A stretch of 59,996 nucleotides of DNA, counting the filler, from Diploschistes diacapsis (Eukaryota): NCBI GenBank assembly GCA_023645945.1. It is 7 parts of 7 records of this genome, joined end to end, with 100 filler letters (N's around TTAATTAATTAA, not from the genome) between each part and the next. Parts side by side here need not be neighbours in the genome. Positions count along the whole stretch, not along the records: positions 1 to 8,504 come from JALAIB010001140.1; positions 8,605 to 17,106 come from JALAIB010001141.1; 5 more parts are not named here. One strand, given 5' to 3'. Below the pieces are notes generated by a model. It saw only the letters and a list, made by a program, of their open reading frames with translations, was not told the DNA's origin and searched no databases. Positions 1-12,166 of the stretch are shown piece after piece. How positions within the stretch are numbered: the stretch's first letter is position 1; the number at the start of each line of letters is the position of its first letter. A program made the position numbers and the translations under genes.

Positions 1-410
1 TCATAATACCCCCCTTGTGGATAATATCCCCCATTATACCCCTGCGGGTACCCTCCCGGACCCTGCGGCGGTCCCTGATAGGGGATCCCGGGTCCCGCAG
101 GCCCGTGGTACCCTGCCGGCGGGCCGTATATCATTTGGATCTCGCTTTGGGTCTCGCGCTGGGCAACATAATAGCTCCCCACGGTCCCGGCGCCGGGATT
201 GGGGGCCGGGGACAAGTAGCCGTTCTGGCTGGTTGCTGCAGGGGAGCCGGCATAGTTTTGGGACCGGGGGTCGAGGTGCGCCTGTGACGGGGCCTGGTTG
301 GCGGGGGAGGAGTTGAAGCCGCCATATTGGTTGTAGGGCGAGGCGGGGCCGGCGCCTTGATGCCTGGCCTCGTTGTACGAGGGGGGCTGGTCGTCTTGGG
401 GTTTGGACAT
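1..410 (-). CDS. Pro/Gly/Gln/Tyr-rich protein, probably CYSTM (cysteine-rich TM module) family; 3' end truncated by the contig edge
   Basis: Hand translation from ATG at 410 is open to position 1: MSKPQDDQPPSYNEARHQGAGPASPYNQYGG...PPAGYHGPAGPGIPYQGPPQGPGGYPQGYNGGYYPQGGYY. It is absent from the ORF track because no stop lies inside the window. The CYSTM call is inferred from composition; the Cys-rich tail is not visible. Confidence 0.55.
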   Translation of the reverse strand, partial: MSKPQDDQPPSYNEARHQGAGPASPYNQYGGFNSSPANQAPSQAHLDPRSQNYAGSPAATSQNGYLSPAPNPGAGTVGSYYVAQRETQSEIQMIYGPPAGYHGPAGPGIPYQGPPQGPGGYPQGYNGGYYPQGGYY

Positions 411-1469
411 GTTTGAAGTGTGGTAGTGAGCCGGTGGGGTGAAGAGTGGTGGGTCAGGCGTGCGATTTTGCCGGAGCCAGATTTGATTCGGAGAAGCTGC
501 TTGCGGGAGGTCGCGATTGGAAATAGAAGCGTGATGGAGGAGGGCTCGGGGCGAGGCTGTGGGTTGGGCGTGAAGGAAAGGCGCTGAGTGAGCGGAGACG
601 TCCTTGCGGATACCGGCGAGGCTGGAAGAACGTGGAATGGAGAATGTTAATTCTGAATAGTAGGATGTAGGATTAAAAGTACGGGATGTTCTGCGCAGAG
701 CAAAGAAGCCAAACGAAACTTGTCCCTGCCAAGTTAGGTCAAGATAGGCTGCACCTGCAAAGTAACAAGCGTGCGTTGAAATATCCAGCAGAACAGAATG
801 TTAATAGCGAGGTGTTATTTGTTAGATCTGGTATGAACTGTCAATGAAGAACAAAGAAGGAGTCAGTAGAAACCTCGTGTCTGACTCGGCTATCCCGGGT
901 TGGCCATTGGTTGAGGATGATGCATAGAAAGTGTCAAAACCCGCCCCCTTTGCTCGGGTTTCAGTGCTGGAAGCCACGATTTGGCGCGGCATTGATTGCG
1001 ATAGACTGTATGGTTCCATTGATGTATTTTCGGGAACTTCTTGAGCCTCCCCACGTGTACCAGCGGTTCGCCAGATAAAATCGTACAAGATCACTGGGAG
1101 ACTGTCTTCGGGTGGAGATGATCAAGATGGTCACAGCAACGAGATCTGGAAGGCGGGGCAAAAGAAAGGTGGTACCAATATGTTGTGCGGATGCGGTTAT
1201 GTGACAACCGAATTGTTACTTGTTTCTAAAATATACAGTTCGAAGCATCTCCCCTTTTCCAAATCGTAGCGATTCAGCAGCTGCCACCCATCCCCAGGGC
1301 GCTGACCCAGCCAACGCCTCCGCTGACGCGCGCGTATGTATCCCGTTCATCCCTCCCATAGTGGTATCTTCGTATTCCCCATACAAACAGTAAACCCGAA
1401 CCATGCGACCCCCCTAATTCTTGGACATAGCAAAAGAAGAAAAACCTACCCCAGCATCTTCCATGACGT

Positions 1470-2135
1470 TCACCGCACGGGCCTCATCCTCCTGCTCCCG
1501 CCACCGTACTCGTCCGGGTCCACGTTCCTGTAGCCACTGCTTGCCCTCCTACTCCTCCTCTGTGGCGGCGGGCTGTGCTCCTCAATGACCTCCACGATGT
1601 CATCCTCGAACTCTTCGGGGGGCGGGGCAGATTGCCTACGCGTAGTAGTCTCCTCCACGATGATCTCCCTTTCTCTCCTCCTGGGAGGCGGCGGGGTACG
1701 ATGTCTCGCCACCTCGATCACCTCGCTCCTTGATTCGGCCCTTCTCGACCTCGACGCTCTGCGAGGGGGAGAACGCGAGCGTCGCTGTATTATCTCGACC
1801 TCGTCCGCGCTGGGTCGCGGGCCGCCGACGGACATGATGGTGTAAATCAGCCACAGGATAATTAGGGTACCGCCGACGGAGCCGAGCACGATGCCTGCGA
1901 CCACGCCGGGCTGTGGAGAGTTGCCAACGTTGGAGTAGAGTTGGGGAATATCGGCTATTGTTTGGCGTTTCGCGAGGGAAGTGATTGAGGCAGAGGTGCG
2001 ACGCAGGGCGTTGTGGAGGTGGGAGAAGATGTCGCCGGCGGTCTCGCGGGGTTGGAGCGCTGGTAATGGTAGGATAAGTGAGCGCGACCAGTGCTCTATC
2101 GCTGAGAGGTCGGATAGATGTGGTACTGGCGCCAT
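1470..2135 (-). CDS. Conserved hypothetical single-pass membrane protein with Arg/Glu/Pro-rich cytoplasmic tail
   Basis: 221-aa ATG ORF with one TM helix (VVAGIVLGSVGGTLIILWLIYTIM) followed by RSRSPP / EIIVEE / DIVEVIEEHSPPP low-complexity segments. Confidence 0.7.
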   Translation of the reverse strand: MAPVPHLSDLSAIEHWSRSLILPLPALQPRETAGDIFSHLHNALRRTSASITSLAKRQTIADIPQLYSNVGNSPQPGVVAGIVLGSVGGTLIILWLIYTIMSVGGPRPSADEVEIIQRRSRSPPRRASRSRRAESRSEVIEVARHRTPPPPRRREREIIVEETTTRRQSAPPPEEFEDDIVEVIEEHSPPPQRRSRRASSGYRNVDPDEYGGGSRRMRPVR

Positions 2136-2490
2136 GGTTGTAAAAGAGAGAGGGCGCTGTGTCGTGGAATGTGGGAGTTACGTAGATGGTTATATCGAAT
2201 GACGAGTTAACGACGTAAGGGTCGGTGCCCAAGTCGAGGTGGGTAGAACGTTCGCAATGGGTTGAGGAGTGGACGTTATTTTTTTTTTCAACGGAAGTGA
2301 CAGCGAATGTGTAGTTGCGCATGCATTCTGAGGATATGGTGAAAGACTGGCGAGTGAGTAGAGGTCAAGAAGGCAAAAGTGAAGAGTGCATGAAGGGTGT
2401 GTCCTTGAATGCTGCGGGCACTGAGATGGCGAGGCTGGTCAAGTACGAATGAGGCTGGTAGAGATAAAAACTATGTAGGTGAGTTCCCCC

Positions 2491-2497
2491 GGCTGGA

Positions 2498-2536
<39 letters not shown>
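2491..2536. repeat. (GGCT)n tetranucleotide microsatellite
   Basis: About 11 near-perfect GGCT units are directly visible. Confidence 0.9.
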
Positions 2537-2537
<1 letters not shown>

Positions 2538-3319
2538 GGGCAAGGGGGGCAAGGGGAGAGTGAGAGTGTGATGACGCAATCAATGGAATTGATTGTAAAA
2601 GTCCCGTGACTAAAGGAACATTCCATTCAGGCTTCAGATAAAAGGACTACACGCATACATACATACGGTAGTAATCTAATTCGACTAGACCTCCTGCTGA
2701 GGTATCTTCCCATCTCATTCAGCATTAATTAATCTCTTAACCAGACTAAGATTTATATCGCTGCCGAGGCTCTGATTCAACTTCCTAACCATCGCGACGG
2801 TGTTGCTTCCGCTCCCTTGATGGCTCCTTCATGTTCTGCCGTGCTTGTTTTGCTGATGGCACAAAGTTTTCCGACTTACTCGTTGTAACTCCGGTCCAAA
2901 TCGTCTTCGCCAAGTACAGCTTTCTCGGATCTTTCGAGGTGTCAAGGCAGTTTTCAAACCGGCTCCCAGGGTCTATTGAGATGGCTTTTGCTGGCAGTTT
3001 TGTATTTTCTAAGGTCGAACATAATCGGAAGAAGTTGAAGGGATAATTCCGATCTGCGGAGGTACTGGCTGAGGCCATTTCAGTTATCGGCGAATCTCCC
3101 CAAAGCGATTCTCTATCAATCACGGTGGGTCTATCTCCAGGAAAGAATGGAGATGCTATAAAGTCTCGAACTCAAAGGTAACTCGCAGCCGGATATGCAC
3201 CTTAGAAAAAGGCTCTAGACGTAAGTGTGTCTTTCCTGCAGAAGTAGTCTACCACAAGGGCTGTTGTTACCGGTAATAGCTAGGAAATATTAACATCAAT
3301 ATTCGCATATGATATATAA

Positions 3320-3432
3320 CAAAACCCATCCGCAGACAAAAGCCCATCCCGTAAGGGAAAATCATTCGTCTGTAAACGAAAAATCCATCCGTGAACAAAA
3401 TTTATCCGTAGACAAAAGATATCCCGTACAAA
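3320..3432. repeat. Degenerate ~17-21 bp tandem repeat (AAAA-N-(C/T)ATCCGT-like), about 6 copies
   Basis: Units read aaaacccatccgcagac / aaaagcccatcccgtaaggg / aaaatcattcgtctgtaaacg / aaaaatccatccgtgaac / aaaatttatccgtagac / aaaagatatcccgtac. Confidence 0.5.
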
Positions 3433-3638
3433 CAGGAACTAAGCACGGTACACCGGGACAGCAATATTTTAAGCCTCGAGAGATTCGTATATTGTAGTAT
3501 CGACAATGAGCGTTGTTCCTGTAGGCCTATGAACCTAGCATATCATTATTGACAAATCCAGCGGCAATCCCTTATGATCCTGAGAGAGGATATCCATGTG
3601 ACGCCCCGTACAAATGGGAAATATGCAGTATCCGGTAT

Positions 3639-5444
3639 TCATGCCAAAGCACCCATTGGATCCCAAAGCGGTAGCCTATCCTCGTCAGTCAAACTAGGGG
3701 AAAAGAAGATGGGAGAGTGTCGGTGCTCACACGATCGGATCCTGCTTGATCACATCTCTCGTCTCTTTACTGACGAATCTCGGGTCAACGACGGCCTAGG
3801 GTCGAAGATCAGCTCGGGCCCCAAACATGGTCACAAGTCTCAAGGGGAGAGCCCATGCTTACCTGATATACAAACTCGTCCATCCAGGCATCGCTCATAA
3901 CGAAATACCCTTTTGTGCCGGCATCCTCCCCCCAACTATTCTCGACCCTCCACCTTACAGGCTCGCCCCTCTCTCCCAGATGCACGCCCGTCAGCACCAT
4001 GGCGTGCGTCATCGCGCTTTCTTTGGTCAACAGCCTTTGCGCCTTGCTCATCCCCAGCTTCACGTTGAACGCCAGCTCGTAGTCCACCAGTGCGGTGTCC
4101 ATTATGCCCAGGCTGCTGGACGAGTATTTGCCCACGTCGCACCCGAAGAAGACTGGCAGATCGACTTTGAGCATGGCTATCGCGGCCGCCTTGAGCGTCT
4201 TCATCTGGACATTGACGTAGGCCGTGGGGCGTCCTCCCTTTACGTTGCCGAGCCTGTCAACGGTCAGGAGCCTCCCGTACTCGTTCCGTGGATCGTTGAC
4301 GAGCGAAAAGAGCTTGTTGACGTCGGTACCGCCATTTGCGCGGACTGCGGCTGCGCTCGAAAGCGAAGAGGCGAATGACATTGGGTCGGTAGAGAGGCTG
4401 TGGAATTTGCCGTCTGCGTCATAATAGTCCCACGTGAAGCACTTGTTCGGTGTGGGCGGTGGGCCGAGCATAAGGGTGAGGATGAGGTGAATTTCCTCGA
4501 GCATTTTCAGCTTGGCTTTTTGTATGATGTCGGAGGAGGTAGTCCTAGAGGAGACAAGGCCGCGCAGGATTAGGGCGTCTTCGCGGAGCTTGGTGGTTAT
4601 CAGATGGCCCATGATGGCGGAGTTCATTGCATTGTAGGAGTCTGGGTAAAGCGTTTGAGGAACCTAGAGAACTATTAGGGAAAAGATACATGGAAAGAGA
4701 ACAACTGCGACGTACAAGACCGTACTTCTTAACGAGATTGGCCACCATGTCCCACTGGCCCCCGTCTCCGACCGGGCCCGCCATGAGTTCCTGGACGAGC
4801 CTGCCGTCGATTTCTTCGTCGTCGGCCGTCTCAATGATCGACTCCAGAAAGTAGTTCGACTTTTCGATCTTGTCCCAAAAAAATAGCCACGCCTGGCTGA
4901 GCTGGAATTCCTTCAGATTATACTTGCGCATCAGAGCAACGCGGAACACGTTGGTCGCCGCAAAGAGCCAACAACGGCCTGATGAGCGCTGATTCGTGAC
5001 GGGCCCTCCTTCGTGTGAGATCTTGACGTTGAAAGTCTGTGTGTCTGCGATTTTAGCGGCGCGCGACGAGAGAATGTCCATGGGGTTGTTGTTCGAGAGG
5101 GCGGAGAGGGCCAGTTGGTTCTGGAGGGAATGAGAGGCATTGGTCAGTCAAAGCCCGAAAGGAAGCATCGAACGGATCTCGAGTACCTTCGGATCCAAAA
5201 GTAACTTCTTCTCCCATTCTCCGACCCCATCGATCGAGATATCTTGGCCGCGCGGTCCGCGGTCGCCAGCTGCTACTTGCATTAGCCTTGTCTTGCTTTT
5301 TCCGTGATGCCGGACATTACAGTTCTTCTCGGCGACGTAGACATATTCGTCGATTCCATTCTTTGAAGCCATCGTGATAGCCTGGAGCCTTTCGGCGAGC
5401 TTCTCGTCGAGGGCGGGGTCTGGCCGAGAGTTTCCGGAACCCAT
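3639..5444 (-). CDS. LAP3: Bleomycin hydrolase / cysteine aminopeptidase (peptidase C1B), multi-exon
   Basis: Catalytic motifs are present across the exons: QRSSGRCWLFA (Cys), MTHAMVLTG (His) and WRVENSWG (Asn). The conserved C-terminus LPLWDPMGALA* lies in a small last exon (stop at 3639-3641). Introns have GT..AG ends. Confidence 0.93.
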
Positions 5445-6337
5445 GGCTGTAGTGTTTGGCTAACTAGTTGAGCGATGGGAAAAAGCGAAACGAGAGAGCA
5501 CCTAGAGCAGCGGCAGCACCCTGAAGGAACTCAAGCATAAAAAGCTGGGTTTAAAACCTATGGAATGCAATTGCGGTTGCCAGATGTGCATGCGGGCATA
5601 TCTCTGAAGCTCAGGGGCTTGTGAGACTGACTACTGGGTGGGTATGTATGGCAGAACTTCCTACCTACTTAGCGGGGTAGATAAGATAAGAGAATGGCGG
5701 GTTTTTACGAGATCCGGCAAAACAAAACACACCAGTTCCCCCGCCACCCACACCACCTACCTTTAGACTGCAACGTACATGAAACCCCAGTGCATTTAGT
5801 GGTTCTTCAGCATGCATTTAACCGGAACCGGTCTGCTGGTTAGTGTGTAGGTTAGTTCTGCGCACGCAAAGGAGATGTGCGCACACGTTCGAATTAAGTG
5901 AAAGTGATAATAGAGCTTTGGCACCCTGAGGGGCCAAGTGCAAATCGATTGCCTCTGAAATGCTTCGAAAGCGGATTTTGTAGGATAGTTATCTAACATG
6001 TCAGAACTCGTCCGGCTATGCGCTTGTTCCGCTCTGTCCCCCATCATATAAATCCTGTAACAGCCACCAGAGTCCTATGACTGTATGCCGTAGGCCATAT
6101 CTAGGCTTTTAGTCGCCATACCCGAAGGTCAATCCGACTCCTTCCCCTTTATCCATACGCGTATCCGGTGGTATCATCGCTAAAATAAAAAAATAAAAAA
6201 AAACCGGAAACGAAACAAAACAAGAACCAAAAGAGCCGCCAGTGGTCCGTAGTGTCACCGAGCTTGAACTGGAAATTCATATCTGTCGTTAGAGTAAGTG
6301 TGCAAGCGTCCCAGGGCTGCGAAAAGAGAATTGGGGA

Positions 6338-7913
6338 TCAGTTTAACATCATCGGAGATACTGGCGGTCCATCCCTGCTCACAGAAGCCCGGCGAGATTG
6401 ATTCCGAGATGGGGCGTGAGAGGTGGGCCGCGACCGCTCCTTGTCGGAGTCCAGGATATTACCCATGTCATTCAGGAACTTCCGACCTCGAGGTGTCTTC
6501 CTTCGCTCCGCTGGCGGCCTGACCTGAGGCGACAAGACAAAATTAGGAGGCAGCGCTACAGATGCCTCGCTGGGTCTTCGCGGAGGCGGTGCATCGCCCA
6601 AAAGGCCTCCAACGTCAAAGAACGACACACGACGGGGCGTCAGGACTGTGGGAAGAATGGCGTCTTCTTGCTGTTCAGCGGCGAACGAAGGACTTTTGTT
6701 GAGATCCGTGTCGTCGGTCTCAGCAGAGGGTCGTCTGGCAAACGGTTCATGGAAGGCCGGGCCGACGGCATCCGAGGGTGGAAATGCTGCAGGAGCTGGT
6801 CTTGGAATATTTGACTTCTGGTGACGGAACTCGGGCCCCAGGCGCAGACCAATGTCGCTCACCAGATCGACATCGCTGCCCCAGCTCAATGCAGCCCGGG
6901 TGTGTTGGCGATGCCGAGCTGTATTGGGGCGATCGAGCGCGCTGTCCCCTCCCAGACTCCCAACCTTGAATTTAGCCTTCTTTACTCCGCGATCCCGTAC
7001 AAAAGATCCCAGGGTCAAGGCATTCGAAACGCCCGCCGCAGCAAGAATCTCCAGCGATGCGATCAGAGATCGAAGCTGTTGATTCGAGTGACTCGTGACA
7101 ACGGCATACATGCGGTACAATGTGATGGCAACAAGAGAGAGCGACAGGGCGAAGAGGAAACCAAGCGAAATCTTGCGCTGCATACGCATCTTGGAGGCGA
7201 ACACCACCTGGACTGGAAAAGCAACCAGGGCGAGATCGGTAATGGAATCAGCGACGCCCATGGTGACAAGCTGTACAAACCCTTCTCGGCAGTGTGGGCC
7301 TGGGTCGGATTCGACCTGCCAGTAGTGGCTGAACGGCCGACATTCGGTGAGGGTGGCGAGGACAACTCCACAGAACGTGATGAAAAGGAAGTATCGGATC
7401 AGGTTCAAGGTTATTGCCCAACTTTTTCTCCAAGTCTGAGAAAAGCTTCGTCGGAGAAACTCGGCTATCGTGAGTTTGGCAATCCAGAGGCTGCATAGCG
7501 AGCATTAGAGAGCGTTCAAAGCCCTGCTTCAACAAGCTTGTAACTTACAATGCGGCATAGAATATCCTGGCCGGCAGCACGCACTTGCTGCCAATCTCTC
7601 TTTGCCAAATATCGTCGGGGGAAAGGCCGGAGGTCAGGGTGTTGTTCGTGCCCAACCTGAGCACCACATGCACACATCCCATCCTCGCGAAGAGCGGTAT
7701 TATGCTCAAGGCCATGATCTTGTCCTCGGTAAACAGCTTTTCCGTCCTTACCCATCTCCCACCCAATCGAACCAGTATGATGACGAAAGAGAAGCAGGTG
7801 CACCACCAGGAGAGAAGAAGAGATGGATTGTTGGTGATGGCATCTTGCGGAGGCGGTGGTGAGGAGTAGAAATCTCGAGGTACCGGACCACGCAACATTT
7901 GCACGGCTGGCAT
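6338..7913 (-). CDS. PTH11-like / fungal rhodopsin-domain integral membrane protein (no CFEM domain)
   Basis: Exon 1 (7913-~7549) joins exon 2 (~7491-6338) through a GTAAGT..CAG intron. It has 7 hydrophobic segments with family-type motifs (RLGGR..EDKIM, LWIAK, ECRPFSHYWQV, DSITDLALVAFP, ITLYR) and a long Ser/Pro/Arg C-terminal tail. Confidence 0.8.
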
Positions 7914-8504
7914 CGTTGAAAAGCCTTCGATGCGCTCCTTACGGCCTCATTCTCGGCTTCATCAAGCTATCCATTTCCCACCGTTAGGCATCCACACAGA
8001 AGGCAACGCGATCGCCGTCAAGCTGTCGACTGTGGCGTGGTCACGCTCGCGGCGCGGGATACGACCCACAGATCCGGATGATTGCTGACAGACAACTATC
8101 AAGGACAAGCAAAGTCGATGAAGTCGATGAAGTCGCAGATGAGAGAACTGGATAAAGATTGGGTTGACTTGTAGCCGAGATCTAGGCGTTGGTATGCAGC
8201 AGTAGTTGGATTGTAGGTGAGATAGCTGTTGGAGTGGAAGGACGAAATGGGACAGGTAAGACAGAAGTTACACGGGGATGAAATGGGTGTGGTGTATGGA
8301 TGGGATATGGGCAAGGTGAGGGAACGAAATAAGTCGGCTATAGTGGAGTTGATAGAACCTAGCGAATAATAACAGGGAGCGATTGATGCTATCTCCCATA
8401 CCAAGAGGATGGGAAGAATTATTACCAAAAGAGTGTGGCATAAACTATAGAGTAAGTAAACATCTGGGCGTCTGAGGCTGGAACTCCGCCCCCCCCCTTC
8501 CCCC

Positions 8505-8604
8505 NNNNNNNNNNNNNNNNNNNNNNNNNNNNNNNNNNNNNNNNNNNNTTAATTAATTAANNNNNNNNNNNNNNNNNNNNNNNNNNNNNNNNNNNNNNNN
8601 NNNN
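8505..8604. other. Artificial contig spacer (44 N + TTAATTAATTAA + 44 N)
   Basis: Identical 100-nt spacer, with stops in all six frames, recurs six times. Confidence 0.98.
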
Positions 8605-9789
8605 GTCGCCGTCCTGGGTTGTTAGGGAGCCTGTGGGGAGAATTAGTGGTCCCGTTGTAGTTATTGAGGGGATGGGTTGTATTGTCTTGTCTTACTTTCG
8701 ATGCCGCCGATTAGTTCGATGAAGATGATCATTCGGATGATGGACGTGACGATGGCTCTGGGTAGATGCTTTTGTGAGTAGGTGTATCCTTCAACCGTGA
8801 CGTTGGTTCATCGCGAAAGTGGAATGACTTACAGTGCCCCGATAGTAAAAACAAGCGTAATCAACAATCTCCGTCGGAAGGCAACGTGAAGCTTCCAGAT
8901 CTAAAGGGGCTCCCATTTAGGTACCTGGACGCGCACGCTCTCAAGGGGCACAAACCTTGGGATGGGGTAAGATGAAGACTAAGAAGTCCAAGCAAAAGTC
9001 CGTTATCGCAAACGACTCGTCGACCCAGAGGGCTCGGCCGTTGCCACCGGCGCACTTGAGCAGAACGTCCTCGTACGGGCCCCAGAGCACGTCAGGAGCA
9101 ACGCCGCAAATGAAAAGTTCGCCGAAAAAGTAGGCGACCGTCCAGGCCGCTAGTAAAGCGATGATGACGGAGGACGCGTAATGGAACCAGCCGCTGTTTT
9201 GTATGTTGAAGATGCGGCGATAGAAGAAGACGATGCTCAGCTTCGAAAGGCCCAAGGACAAAGGTAGTAGCCACAGGGTTATCCACTCGATCTGTCGGTG
9301 GTCGTTAAGGGGAGGCTATGAGGAACGATAGGGGGAGACTGGTTCTTACTTGGGCGGAGAGGGCAGATTCGGGTGAGACGAACACAACATTGCTCTCTGG
9401 GGATGGATCAGGAGGCAGAGGTGTTGGATAGCCCAGGCCGTGGCCCTCGACTCCTTAACTGGGTGTCAGTCAATCTGTTCAAGTGCAATCGTTCTTAAGC
9501 ATACCAACTACAATCGCCACGCCTATTGCAATGGTGAATATCTTGGACCCCGTAAGCTTGTTCGTTTCCGTGGAGACAGGCCAAAACCAACCAAGGCTGG
9601 AACGAGAAGCCTGTAATAGTAAGCCTAAGAGAACAGCATTTCTCTGAGGCCTTACCAGTCGTCCACCATCAACTTAGCATTCTGTTTTCGTCGAGTATAG
9701 AATCGGAGCGGTACTGCAATAAGAGCAATTGCTGGCAGAGCTATAGCAGCTCCGATCATGGAACTGGGACTGGTGTATCCTGAAGACAT
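8605..9789 (-). CDS. PTH11-like / fungal rhodopsin-domain integral membrane protein, multi-exon, 3' end truncated by the contig edge
   Basis: Spliced by hand from ATG at 9789: MSSGYTSPSSMIGAAIALPAIALIAVPLRFYTRRKQNAKLMVDDW...GHGLG...LSKLSIVFFYRRIF...AITDFCLDFLVFILPHPK|IWKLHVAFRRRLLITLVFTIGAL|AIVTSIIRM. The LRFYTR, DDW, K-SI--FY-RIF, LP---IW-L and S-IR motifs are typical of this family. Confidence 0.88.
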
Positions 9790-11234
9790 GATTACAACTG
9801 CTTCAGGAATAGCGAATCATACGTCGATGGGCGTCGCACTTGGTACCTGACTCTGGCTGATGGGTAGACAATTGAGGTTCTATCGCTGTGGAAAGGCAAA
9901 AATGTTTCCCGTAAGCATGTTCCAATCTAGAGAACAGCTACAACAGGGCCCCTATTACCCACCTTTTGAAGTCTGTCGCTTGAGCAAGACAAAGTAAATG
10001 CTGGGGGGGAACAGACGGAAAGCGACAGATGGGTACGTCATTGGAGCGAGCGTCGGAGGTTGTGTGCAGCTGGGATGTAATGCTGCAGCAGATGGCGCCT
10101 CACAACTGGCATGACTTAGGAATCCTCCATTAGTACGGAAGTATGCTGCCGCAATGCTACCTTCCCACAATTGCCTTTGAGAGGCCCCAGTGTGACCGTC
10201 TCGAAGCTGAAGATCCCGGACCCCAAAATGAGTGGGGTGGCTAGTCATTATGCCATCGGTGCTTTTATATCGTGTAAGCCAACCTGGGCTATCAAGGTGC
10301 TTTCTTTCTTTTCCCCGGGTCGAGCTGATCCCTACCCGCTGTCACAGAGTTGTATGGATGCAATGGTGTGATAGGTGGCAGGCTTTCGAAAAGAAACCCC
10401 GCGTCGCCGATCGTATGGCATGCCGCTTTAAATTCTGATTTAATTAAGACTTGTACTCCGTGCTTGGAGAAGGAATGAGCGATCGCCGGTTCTCTTCCTT
10501 TCTCGCCATGTTGGTTTTTCTGCGACAGCTGTTGTGAGATTGTACTGTTAACTGCTGACCCGGCTAAGTTCATCAAAAGTCTCCATGGCCAATTAAAATC
10601 CTCTGGTCACTCCCGTGTAACCATCAAAGCGTTTAGCGAGCGTTGAGTACCGATGGCTCGCCTTGTTCGGATCGATCTCTTGGGAAGAAGCTAGTTATTT
10701 TGATTCAAGATGTCGAGCCCTTGGCGCCAAGGTACTTACTTCCATCCGGTACTTTCAACTCTACCTCCTGCTACTTAGGCTTGTTCAGGGCGTATGCTAT
10801 CTACAGTCAGGTGCCAAAAGTAGTTAGGTACACCATAAGCGGCAGTAAAGAGTTGACTTGTCTCTTTACTGCCGCTTATGGTGTACCTAACTACTTTTGG
10901 CCTAGTACTGTATCATCTATTGCTCTATAAATTCTGAGGCGGCCTAGGCTATCAAGGCTTCTGCATGCTGTATTTTGGGAGAATATGCCCCCTTCCTTCA
11001 ATGGAGGAGCCACTCGGATGGCTGAGAGTCTGCGGGCATATTTCGCCAACCTAGTGATCTGATCATAGCTGAGCTCCTAGGAGATAATTTCGCAATTCAA
11101 GTGAAGGTTGTATTATCCTTTTAGTTTGATTTCTCTGAGAAGATAACTTATATTCGCCAACATCCAATATTTACACGTTCCTCTACCTCTACCCAGCATT
11201 TCTTGAGTTCTTCTTGATTCGTTCCTGCGCCATA

Positions 11235-12166
11235 ATGGCCCAAGAGATCAAGTACATTCCCATTAGACAATCCCTCTCGTCCGACATCGAAAATCTAGAG
11301 CCGCAACGGCAGAAGAAGAAGTTTACAAAGAAAGACATACTCTTTTATATCTCTTTATTTACCAATCTCGCCCTAGCTACCACTTGTCTAGTACTGTTAT
11401 CGACCTTGGGGGATCAAAAGCATATCAACGCTTGTATTGCTTAGCCGCTGGTCCCCAAAGCAATACTTATAACTAATTGAAGTTTAGTCGGCATCGACAC
11501 TTCTTTCTCGACCCAACTCCCCTGGCGGAAGCGCACACGGTACCATACAGGACGTCCTAAAGACACTTCCAATGTCACGGCCGCCTGGAACGCCCTCGTC
11601 CCCGAGCACGGCATTGTCGCGCTGGACCACCACTTGGCTGAGCAGCGAGGACTGCCCAAGTCGATGAGCCTCCCCAGCCAGCCGTCGAAGGGCATTTACA
11701 TTATGGAGGCATATCACCAGCTACACTGCGTAGTAAGTCGTCCATCAGATCTGCATACCTAGAGCAATCTCACTATCTTCATGGCCTCACTTCGACGCAA
11801 AAGCCGCACCAAACCCTCTTAACAGACCTTGCCCAAAGTAACCAATTACAGGTAACTATCCGGCGCGCCTTTTACGACCTCTTAGCCGGCCGAGAACCCC
11901 CCTTCCAGTACCCCATGGAGCACTACGGGCACTGCTTCGATGCGGTCCGGCAGAGCATCATATGTAACCCCTCCGAGCATCTTCTGTATTCCTGGGGTGA
12001 GTTCGACGTGAACATCACGCAGATGAGGACGTGCCGCAGCTGGAACAAGCTGAGGGACTGGGCGACGGCGCACACTGCGTGCGATCCGGGAGACGTGGAG
12101 GGCTTGAACCGAATTATTCCCAACAGGCTATGTACTGATGGTAAGGATGGTCTGGTGGTTGAATGA
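11235..12166 (+). CDS. UstYa-like / DUF3328 oxidase #1 (RiPP tailoring enzyme); exons 11235-11433, 11488-11732, 11852-12166; 252 aa
   Basis: N-terminal TM anchor (ILFYISLFTNLALATTCLVLL), then AAWNALVPEHGIVAL, first motif AYHQLHCV (His at 11715), second motif EHYGHCFDAVRQSIIC, then RTCRSWNKLRDWA. Introns GTATTG..CTAAT..TAG and GTAAGT..CAG are phase-compatible. Confidence 0.93.

Noticed and set aside
3639..7913. Bleomycin hydrolase and the first PTH11-like gene as members of the RiPP cluster (e.g. a trimming peptidase), or a tandem PTH11 pair
   Set aside because: They lie on a different contig, separated by an artificial spacer in a length-sorted concatenation.
8549..8560. Recurring TTAATTAATTAA palindrome as a biological motif
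   Set aside because: It is always centred in N runs with identical geometry, so it is a synthetic six-frame stop linker.
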